A stretch of DNA of 64,000 bases, taken from the NCBI GenBank assembly GCA_973895155.1, contig OZ316893.1:25716698-25780697 (forward strand), given 5' to 3'. A program made the position numbers and the translations under genes. The notes beneath the pieces were generated by a model. That model was not told the DNA's origin. It searched no databases and saw nothing but the letters and a program-made list of their open reading frames with translations. The number at the start of each line of letters is the position of its first letter. The stretch's first letter is position 1. This DNA is from Marsupella aquatica. Taxonomy: Eukaryota; Plantae; Marchantiophyta. This document shows positions 1 to 10,145 of the stretch, piece after piece.

Positions 1-2300
1 AACTTGAAATCTTATCCATAAACTTCTTTTGATTTGGAAAGCACCTTTGAACACTGATATGATGGGAGCACAAGCTGCATCCTCGCAACATCTTGCCTCG
101 TACTTCCCTGCAATCAGCCTTTCCCCCTGCTCAAAGTAGCTCGAAAAGTACCGGGTATGATCTCCGAAATTGGTGCCACAAATGGAAAATTTCCGTCTAT
201 GCACTGCTCGAAGTTCTAAGTATCAGAGATGTGACGTTCGAGACTGCTGCTGCTTTCCTCGGTGTCAGGCAGGCCTGCTCTGGAAATCTTGAGAAGGTTT
301 ATACACCCAACAGTTTAAATTTTAGCGAACAGAATCTGCAAACTAGCGAGGCATAAGAAGCGCCACTTCAAATCCGCTCTTGATTTACGTACAAATGAAG
401 TGGACAAGATCCGTTTCGAGCAAAATTTGAGAGGATCTTTAAGGTGACCCTGATTTCATTCTACTGAATAATCAAGAACATTTTTTTGATCATGACCTCG
501 CATATGAGGTGACCAGCACTGATATCGTCTGGAAATGTATCACTGCGGAGCCGAAAAACTCTCACGGAATAGCGCTTCTATGAAGCCTATGGAGGTTGCT
601 CGTACTAACTCTTCTGAAACTTTCTTGATCGAAGCAACGCCTGCAATTGGCAAATAAGGAATTGATTGAAAATACCAAGTACCTGAGGGCAGCTAAATTA
701 ATGACCTGCATCGTTCTGGCCCTAGAATTGATGGCCCTAAACCCTAGACATCTTAATCTTTTGGGTATTACCATTACTTCGGCTACTTTGATTTTGCCTG
801 CTCTAGGAAATGGCATGTCAAGCATCTCTATGTAGACGGCAATCAGGATAGACAGACAAGAACTAAACCTTGCTGACCATCGAACACACTTGGTTGTGTA
901 CTGATAGAGGCAAATTACGAGAGTTTTGGAATTCGCCACGGCACACGATACATCACATGACCAAAACACCTTAATGAGTGCAACTTGGATTTTGGTTTGG
1001 AATGGCAACTCCCGTCTCGTCAAGATCAGACCTATTACGTGGCACAGGCATGAATATTCATCCATGGGGTCTTCAAAACTATTTAATCACCCTGGTTAGA
1101 GCACTTGCCGTCGCCACCTCCTGAAATATTGCCGTGATGGGCGGACATCACCTCCTGGATGGGTGGCAAGATTCTGTAATCATAGGAAGCCGTGTCTTTA
1201 GAGCTCGAGGTACCCACTGAAGAATGGGCCTGATCTGCAGCGCCTCCATTGGGTTGCGGATGAATTTTGACTGAGGACTCCTTCCTAACAGCGGCAGCCC
1301 CACCATTCTCGGCGACTTTGAAGTGCACCAGCTTGGGCCGGCCAGGGCCAGACGGATATATGCGTCCAGCGATCTCCTGCATCCAGTCGTCCTTGACTAA
1401 ATTCTCCCCCTTCCTGTTGTCTATCACACTCACTGTATACTCCTCTTCGAGCTCGTCCGACGACACAACCTCGTCAGACACAAGCTCATTACTCGACTCG
1501 CCAGTGTCAGCTCCAGTATCAATCTCGTAACCCTCAACTTCTTTGACACAGCAATCATATGGGCAAGTTCCGTCTGCTCGCAATAGAGGTTCCTTCAACC
1601 CGTCATCCTTCGTGCTGGGCTTCTTCTTTGCGTAGCACTGCTGATAAGTTTGTCTTACCACCTCCACCGATATCGCCACGGAAACCCAAAACCACATGAA
1701 ATCCATCAGATCTGTGCTGATAACTTATGGTGATTCTATGATTCGCCTGAAGGGGTCTGGTGTACGACCGATTCCCCGGCAATATACAGAAATCCGTGGT
1801 CCTAGGATTGGATTTGGATTCTCACCCTGCGGAGTAGAAAATTCCCAAGGGAGAGTTTTATGGATATACACTCAATGCTCCACCTGTGGCATTTTACCTC
1901 GGAGTCCACTTGATGATGTTCTGCGGCGATCCCCTGTCACATAGGCTAGCTGAACCAGAAAGATTGCGATTCATCCTCTTATTTTCAATGAACCAGAAGA
2001 TTCATCCTCATATTCTCAAAGAAATTTCCCAAATCAGGAAGACAATAACTCTACCCGGATCGCAAACACGACATCCTCTGTCACCTTTCGCCTGGGTCAA
2101 AACTGCTGTCAGGAGCAAACTCCAAAAATTGAATCTCTTGAAACATAGGGAGAGAGCGTGCGCCAAGCAGGTACAACAACGATCGCCTTCCACTCCTTCT
2201 CAAAGGAACGATTATTGAGAAAGAGTGGATGAAATCCGTTTAATAGGAGACGGCATTGCATTGTCATCGTCAGCAGCTGCAGAGAGAGGAGGAGAAGGAA
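1..2300 (-). pseudogene. Candidate endogenous viral element (EVE): decayed bunyavirus-like L (RdRp) fragment, interrupted by ORF 1083-1706 and running off the left edge
   Basis: ORF 562..1065(-) contains 'VINLAALRYLVFSINSLFAN'. This resembles the LRYL..V.SL segment of bunyaviral L proteins and the 'VIYLAQLRYF' segment at ~49770-49797. Multiple stops and frameshifts. Manual reading only. Confidence 0.4.
1083..1706 (-). CDS. Orphan 207-aa protein with hydrophobic N-terminus, acidic region and low-complexity tail
   Basis: Intact ATG-started ORF. MDFMWFWVSVAISVEVV is hydrophobic, followed by a KEPLL dileucine-like motif and two NGGAA repeats. Possible upstream intron 1712-1825 (GTGAG...CACAG on minus). 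Confidence 0.45.
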   Translation of the reverse strand: MDFMWFWVSVAISVEVVRQTYQQCYAKKKPSTKDDGLKEPLLRADGTCPYDCCVKEVEGYEIDTGADTGESSNELVSDEVVSSDELEEEYTVSVIDNRKGENLVKDDWMQEIAGRIYPSGPGRPKLVHFKVAENGGAAAVRKESSVKIHPQPNGGAADQAHSSVGTSSSKDTASYDYRILPPIQEVMSAHHGNISGGGDGKCSNQGD

Positions 2301-3039
2301 AACGTGAGAAATGGAGAGACGCTGCCCAATGTCAAAAGATCACCATAAAGCTTTCCAGAACGCGCATTCCGTGGACAACGACTCAAGATCACACTTGCCC
2401 TCACCGCAAGTGAACACTCTGGAGCCGGAAATTTGAGCCTTTCAGCGCCCGCCTCTGCGAAAAGTCGAAATCTGATAGCAAAAGATTCCCATCCACCACT
2501 TTCAGTTGTTGCGGGATCCACCAGATTGCGAACGACTTTTCCGTGGATACTTCACACGCGCCACCACCTCACTCGGAATTGAGCATTCGCAGCAGTGAAA
2601 CGAGGAGGCGTGCTGAGCTCCGTGCTGAGCTCCAATAGCTCAGCAACACCTCTATTTCTCTCAAACTTGATCTCTCCCAGCTCACGCTCTCGTCCTCCTC
2701 CCAGCTTGGATCTGCCCTACACTCCTACCTCACAAGCTCTCTCTCTCTTTCTCCAATGCTTGCATCAATCAATCCCTCACTCCCTCATCAAAGGAGCACC
2801 AATTTTGCTTAGACAACAATCAGATCCACGTGCCAGTGACTTACAGACAGGACTCCACATCAGCTCTCCAACCACCAGCTGGATTTTAGTAATGTGTAGC
2901 TAAAGGAGTAAAGGTGGCCAGGAGGTCAATCAAGAAGTTCATCAGAGCCCATGTTATCCACCGCCCCGTGTATCAGTGAGAGCACGAGAGTCTTATCAGC
3001 AGCTGGATTGCAGCACTTTGGAGAGCTTCTGTTTTTCCT

Positions 3040-3157
3040 CTTTTCTGCTTTTCCTTCAGACTTCACTTCAGAGCTCTTGTCTACTCTCGTGGACTGTAGC
3101 TTTTCTGCTTTTCCTTCAGACTTCACTTCAGAGCTCTTGTCTACTCTCGTGGACTGT
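3040..3157. repeat. 60-bp-period tandem duplication
   Basis: ttttctgcttttccttcagacttcacttcagagctcttgtctactctcgtggactgt occurs identically at 3041 and 3101. Confidence 0.95.
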
Positions 3158-3719
3158 CTACAGCAGAGCCTTGCCATGTCGAGGAGCAATTTTGGGGGCA
3201 TAGTCTCGAGACCACGTGCTTCCGTTTGGAAGCATGCTCGTTAATCAATTGCCTTGGACTTGGGCCCAAATCTGAAGCCCCCATCTTCTCTAGGGCATTG
3301 CAATGTCATGATTGCACCGCTACTGTAGTTTTTTGTTTGGCACGGAATGTTTTGCATCAACATTGGGAATTTGGGATTCAATATGGCATGCAGACATGTC
3401 CAAAGCCACCAAAGACACGATCATGATTGTACTAGCCCCATGGTCAAAATAGATATGAATGCACAATAACATTTATATGCTATTTTGGTTAGTCTTTGTC
3501 TCATCTTTATTTTTTTTGTTCATGCTCATGTCAGTTTTATCTTTATTTAGAGTCAATGTCAATTTTGTCCATCCTCATTTAAAATTTTAACTTTATTGAA
3601 TCTTATTATCAGTTTTGTTTGTATTGTGAATTATAATCTGAAGGCTTCACTCTAGGCCCTTGAGAGTGTAGGCTTTAGTTGGGGCTTTTATAGCAAGATT
3701 ACCTGTGTAGTATGTACAA

Positions 3720-4800
3720 GGCTAGTAAGGGTGGCTTTACAAGAGGTTGGGGCCATTGCTTATTTTATTTCCTCCCAGATTCAATTGGATGTCTAATGAA
3801 TGGAGTTACATCTATCAGAGTGCCAAAGGACCAAAAGGCCAAACTGGGAGAAAGGGTCCCAATCGCAAAGCAACCCAATAAAGGGAGGGAAGAGGGAGGG
3901 GGAAATACCCAATAAAACTAGGGGAGTTGGCTTTACAACAGGAGTTCGCTTTACAAGAACTGGGGGTGGTTTACAAGAACTGGGAGCCCTTCAGCTCGGG
4001 TGTCTACCTATCCTACATGGCCAGCACTGGGCCCAAGGGAATGGGGATGTAGAGTAGTTAATTTGTCCAGAATTTTAGACCACCAAACACCTCAAAAGGT
4101 GGTCCAGGCATTTCAAAACTTCGGCTAAAGGTGGCTTTACAGGAAGCCTAGGGCCCTTTGCTTTTGGATTTTGTGATGAGGCAAAACTGCTGCATTTGGC
4201 TTTTCTACAAGAACTCTAGGGCCCATTCAGGTATATATTATGTGTACCTGTACTACATGGCAAATAGTGGGCCCAAGTAAACTATTGATGTGGAGCGTTA
4301 CAATTTGTCTAAAATCTTAGATCAGTGGACGTTGTCCAGATAGTTCCAAACTTTGCCTCATTCATTCAAGGATTTGCATTTTTGAACTTTGGAGTCTAGC
4401 TTTCCAACAAGATGTGGCCAGCACATTTGCTTTGGTGAAAAAATGACACAAAGAGTCCAGGAAGGCTGATAAAGCCACCCTAAGTTTGCTCAAGCCTTCA
4501 TGAGGTCATGGCTTGGGATATCTATGTACACTAGTGTGTAGAGTTTGGTGTCTATCAGTGTCCAGTATGCTCAGGCATTCACTATCCTTGGTCTGGCAGA
4601 GGCTGTTGGGTTTAGGACTTCTAGTCAAGTACCTCTTGGGGACCCTCCTATGGAATTTAAGCTCAGTAAGGCTTTAATTTCCTCTTATGCCATTTGGTGT
4701 CTTGGGCATTTGAGCTCTTTGGGTTTCCCCTTCTTTCTGTTGTTTTCCCCCATTATTGGGTTGTTTGCCTTTGGGATCCTTTCCTCCCAGTTAGGTGATT
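3720..4800. repeat. Degenerate non-autonomous repeat region with internal direct and inverted copies
   Basis: 3970-4085 resembles 4205-4325 (direct). 3841-3880 aactgggagaaagggtcccaa..caacccaataa resembles the reverse complement of ~4750-4795. A similar motif recurs near 56690. Confidence 0.55.
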
Positions 4801-5677
4801 TTTGTTCGCTGTGCTATATATAAGAAACACTATCAAATAACCGAAACACCAAGAGACAAAACCGCAAAGGCCCAAGACCCAATGAGAGGGAAAATAGAAT
4901 AAGAACACTTGAGTGGTACCAAGCGGTCTAGTATGAGTCCAAGTACATAGATTGGGAATTGGGTCATCAGGTCCTAGGTCAAATTGCCCTCTCGCATTGA
5001 GTGTGTGGATTGGTCCAAGTGCTTAATAAATTTATTGCCAACTCAAAAAGTCCATACTTTAAAGATAATTGACGTTTATTATGTATACAATCAAATAATT
5101 AAACTTAGTTTGAGAATGTATCTGAATTGACCATAACTGATTGCCATTAATTTATATATCTAAATAATTAGACAGTTTGAGAATGATTTGGGGAAGGTGT
5201 TACCTAACTTGACCAGTTATGATTTGATGAGGATAATGTTAATAGCTAGATTGACTTCCCTTTAAACGTGCACTCACTGAGAGAATATAATGCCAAGGAT
5301 TGGTGCTAGTTAAGTATAAATTAAATACATTATGTATTCTAAATTGATCGCGTGCTTTGCAAGTGAAGAAAAATTCTTAGTAGCCCTATACTAGCTCTTG
5401 ACTTACTGCATTGTGCACATGACCAATTTGAACTCGGGTCCCACTGTCCAAAGTTGGCACATGGGTACTTGGTCTTATTATTCTCAATCATCTCAATATA
5501 TTTATATCAAACATCCTTCTTAGAGCATCCCCAACTCTTATTCAAAAGTCTTACGCCAAGTGGGTGCTGAAGAAACCCAGTTCCTAAAAGCTCAATAAGT
5601 CATGTCCAACCCTTGACAGGAATATTAGAGGATTTTCAGCCCAGGGTTTTGTCTACTGGAATTGATTTGGGGAGATG

Positions 5678-5773
5678 ATACAAGTTTGAGTCTCTTGGGT
5701 TGGTTGTTTGAATTTTTGAGATGACATACAAGTTTGAGTCTCTTGGGTTAGTTGTTTGAACTTTTGAGAATGA
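5678..5773. repeat. 48-bp tandem duplication
   Basis: atacaagtttgagtctcttgggtt(g/a)gttgtttgaa at 5678 and 5726. Confidence 0.9.
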
Positions 5774-6604
5774 TCCATCATTCAAGGGGTTTCTCCAATT
5801 TGCAGCCTTTTAAGTAGGAAGGGAGTGAAAGATTGACTACATGTTCTACAGGCTTAGACCATGCTAGACATTAACGACGAGAGCCAATCTCGAGGGTAAT
5901 TAATGCTAATCCGCATTGATTACCCTGTACGTGCTGCCCGTTGCCCGCTTGTGCTGGATCTAATTTTAGGTTAAATTATGCTAGACTCGTCTTTAAACAC
6001 ATTATTGTGGACACCAGTGCCCTATTATAGCATGTCTGTTCTAATGCTGTCCTTTTTTAACCTATTCAGAAACTATATGAAAACTCTGTTTTGCTATAAA
6101 AATAAATTTTATTAAGAAAATCCTTTAATATGCACTAATGGAAATGAAAATTTCTTGTAAAGTTTGAGGGGGAGAATCAAAGTGCAACTGTCTGTCTCAA
6201 ACTGTGTGCGCTCATGAAGGAGGATAGGGGGGCTCAAACTGTGTGCACTCATGAAGGAGGCTCAGGCCAGGGGTGAGGGCTACTACGGGTTAAATACAAC
6301 ATCAAAAACATACATCTCAACTACATTGCATAGCACATTGGTAAATGTCCTGGTGGTTGGGGAGTGATCGGGGGAGTGATGGGTGAAGGGATCTATCCCT
6401 CTACTCAATTAGTTTGAGGACCCTTTGGTTACCCGCTTGGTTATGAAAGCTTGATGCTATTCAACAAGTTGGAGCAATAAAGAGTTCCATATTGGTTGAC
6501 TATTGAGATGAGAAAGATTAAATGGAGGATGGTGAATGAAGTGGGTGTTAAGGTAGTTAGAACACTTTCAACTACCTTAACAACGTCCAAATTTATTGTC
6601 AAGA

Positions 6605-6800
6605 AAAAATAAGTCATTTCGCCAAAGGTGTTGTTATGTGAAAGGTGTTGTTAACAAAAAATGTTGTGTCACCAAAGATGTCATTTTGTGAAAAATGTCG
6701 TCATGTAAACAATGTTGTTATGTAAATGAAGTCGTGTCGCCAAAGATGTGGTTCTGTGAAAAATGTCGTTAAGCAAAGGATGTCATTATGTAAAGGATCT
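6605..6800. repeat. Degenerate ~20-bp minisatellite (AAAGATGTCATTGTGT-like)
   Basis: Periodic aaa(g/a)(a/g)tgt(t/c)(g/a)tt units; the same family occurs at 23320-23780. Confidence 0.75.
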
Positions 6801-7762
6801 TGGGTCCAAGCAAGGGCCAGGCAGCAATCGGGTGCACCAGGTTGGGCCAAGGAGGGAGGGAGAGTTGCAAGGAGGGTGTCGGGCCGCCGAGGAACCCACC
6901 ATCTCTGGAGTCGGGCACAGGGTTTTTAAGATGGGGGGTGGGGGGGAGTCACAGCGCCCTTGTCAGGTTGAGTGTAGCGGTCCACCCTAACATCAAATGT
7001 TAGCCCATGGAATAAAGTTGCAAGATGAGTCCTTTTGTCAAAGAAACTTTCTTTTGCTAAAATAATGAACATTATTTTGTGAGAACTCCATTTTGTTAAA
7101 ATTGTCTTTCCCTTGATGTAATTGTGGAACTAAATTTTTCAAACTGAGTGAAGTTTCAAAGACAAAGAGTTGAGGTATAAGCTTACATGGTCTGATAACA
7201 GTCCCAAAACATTTTGATTTGAATAAGATTCATAAGCCCCATGAGATCTGTAAAACATGTGTTCTGACTAGATGGCATGATTTAGAATAAATTGCTTGAC
7301 TTTCATATGAAGAGAATTTTGAGAGCCATCTGAGCTTGTGACTCACAAAAGCTGGCACAAAAGGTGCAATTAGGGTAAGACATTAATGAGCTAGTGAGGA
7401 CTCTAGACAAGCATTAGCTCCTTCCCTGTGTAACCATCCACATACACAAATATAGTGTGACCTAGGAAAACAAAGGGAGTCATTGATAGGTTCTCTGCAC
7501 TTGTATCATTCCCATTCACATATCTCCACCCATACCCTACACATGTTCCACTGAGTCCTTTTGGCAGCACATAGATAAGCAAGGTCCGACCTCATCCCAT
7601 TGCAGGCACAATTATTCATTTAGGATGGGCAGATATTTGCCAGCTGCTTCATTTGGCCAATTCCGGAGCCCACGACTGCTGGCTTGTAGAGAACATTGGC
7701 AGGGTAAACAACCATAGCAAGGCATGGTGGAAATTTTTATTTTTATTTTTATTGTTTTTTTC

Positions 7763-8157
7763 ATGGTGGAAATTTTTGCACTATCTATTTCCAAGTATTA
7801 TTCTGATGTTTATCACGATACCTTTGTTTGCCCTTGTTGATTCAATGGAAGAGAAAATTGGCAGGGCACACTACTTTGGTGATAGCAAAGCATGGTGGAA
7901 ATTTTTACCTATCTATTTTCCCAAGTATTCTTCTGATGTTTGTTGCAATACCTTTGTTTGCCATTCTTTATTCAATGGATGAGGTAATAAATCCAGCTAT
8001 TACTATTAAAGCTATTGGACATCAATGGTATTGGACCTATAATTATATGGACTACAACAGTTCTGATACAGGTACAATCACTAACTTTTGACAGTTATCT
8101 TATTCCAGAGAATGATCTAGAACTGAGTCAATTAAGTTTACAAGAAGTGGACAATAG
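7763..8157 (+). pseudogene. cox2: NUMT: mitochondrial cytochrome c oxidase subunit 2 fragment, partly duplicated and frameshifted
   Basis: [47 protein letters not shown] / [28 protein letters not shown] matches plant COX2. A second copy of the FPSIILMF...SM segment lies at ~7785-7848. Confidence 0.93.
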
Positions 8158-9728
8158 GCTTTATTATTTTGATGGCAGGCTCACAATGCCATTTTGGCAG
8201 TGGAGCATTCTTCCGGGTGATAGGAATGCTTCATTGTGGAATTTCCCTAAGCGGGGCCGGGCCTCATGCCACTGTCCACTTTGCTGCTTCCTTTGTCAAG
8301 TGTTTGGTATTACCATTTCTAGTCTTTCTCTTGGCAGTTCACTGGAGGTAGTTAGCTTCTTTGATCTTCTTTCATCCTTCCTCTTTGTCTGCCTTCATGC
8401 CTCTGGGCTTCTGCCTTAGGTTCAGCTTTGGTTCTTTCTCACAAGAACCAAGTCTTTTGGGGCTGTTTTTGACTTTACAAATAAACTAGAGGGATCCCTC
8501 CCCAAGCCATGCAGCCTGTTGCGTGATGGCAAGGCTAGGTCAGGGTTTCCCTTATGTTGACAACGGAAATGTACCTGCTATATGGCACAACCGGTGTGAC
8601 CCGTGGTAATCATTCATCTTTCAATTCCCTTTAGGAAGATATTCTTTGTTTTCTCTATCTTTTTAAATATACATGCACAAAACTCCTTTAATTTTTTTGC
8701 TTTATTTCCTTTGAATGTTGTTTAGTGTCTACTCCCGTGTCTACCAAGTTATAAAGTACCCTCTAAACAATGATTCAAAGACTTTGGCACAAGGCCTCTG
8801 TACAGTTTCTCTTTGCAAATGTTTCAAACTATAGACTAAGTAGATTACTGTGAAATGGTGACCGGTACTGTTTCTAATAAAACAAAACAGTGATTCATAG
8901 AGGGGGCCAGCTATATGTTAAAGTTTTTAAAATAATCATGATAATTATGTCCTGAATATGTACTGTAAACACATTCAGTTTCTGTAAAGTACTTTGTTGG
9001 CTTTCTAACATTAAAGCCACGCTTCTCTTTTTCTTTTGTCTTTGCTGTCCCAGCAAAGACAAAAGAATACCCCAAAAGTAAGTTAGTCTAGCTTCTGAAG
9101 AGGGGTGGAGCCATTTATGGCATTCTGAGCAAGTCTAAAAAAAGCCTGACCTACAGACCAACAGTGTACGCCATGGATTTGGATGATTTTTTCTAGGGTC
9201 CTATATGGCAGGACACGCTTTGGCTATTTTGTCTCATGCAAATTACTTTGCAATGTGTTTATATGTTTTCATTGAATGGTAACCATTTTATAAATTTTGT
9301 TCCCCCACGAAAAGCCCCACGGGAAGGGCGAACAAACAGGCAGAAAGGCCCAAAAGGCAACACCCAGCAGGACAGCAGCCCAACACACACACCGGCACAA
9401 CAAACAGGCCAGTGTTTATATGTTAATCTGGGCTAATCTATGTTTTATCCATGTACTATTTGGAATATAGTGATGTTGGCAGCCCCTTTCATTTTTTTTC
9501 ATTTCCTTAGTTTCTATTATATTCCCAATATATTATCATTTTAAGGGCCATTTTTCTTTACTTTCATGAGACTCTTCACCCTTTAACCAAGCAACTAGTA
9601 TTCTGTTTATTGATGTAGTGCAGCTTATACGGACATTGGTTATAAAGCTTTTAATGTTTATGGTTTACTGATCAACAGGTGTCACCTAAATAGAGAGCCC
9701 CACCAAATAGAGCAGAATATTGAAAAAG

Positions 9729-9835
9729 TGTTTGATGGTGATAATAATAGTTTCAGTATAGTCTCGGTAATGGTACATATGGTGGTGTCGGGATGACCGG
9801 TTGATCCGGTCATCCGGTCAAGGTAGAGTCTAACA
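9729..9835 (-). repeat. 3' LTR of Bianca-like copia
   Basis: tgtttgatgg...gtctaaca; adjacent polypurine tract (PPT) ctcccctttgga on plus at 9836-9848. Confidence 0.97.
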
Positions 9836-10145
9836 CTCCCCTTTGGATATATAGTGATAACTATATAGACAACATAGACTATACCTAAATTATATCATGT
9901 TCATAGGGGTACATGATATAAGTACAATCGAGGTAGACTGCCTCGTTAAAAAACCTTTCAACTCTAGCTTAGTAAAAACTCTACCGGTGTAGCAGAGAAA
10001 AATATGAGTGCTAAAGGAAAAAGAGTGCAGCCTAATAGTCCTCGTCGTAATAAATGTCAATATAAAATAAAATTAGATGTTATAGTAAATCTAGCTTTAA
10101 CATCTGTTTCATCAGTCGGTCGTCAACAGCATGTCGTCAGCATCA

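Noticed and set aside
1714-1724. gtgctgataac, resembling a Bianca-type PBS, just upstream of ORF 1083-1706
   Set aside because: No adjacent LTR pair or gag similarity; better explained as a splice acceptor region or chance.
2926-3201. 91-aa ORF with a repeated 20-aa unit
   Set aside because: The repeat simply reflects the 60-bp duplication; no domain or gene structure recognised.
7763-8157. Functional nuclear-transferred cox2
   Set aside because: Partial, frameshifted, substituted at conserved residues, and without a targeting presequence.
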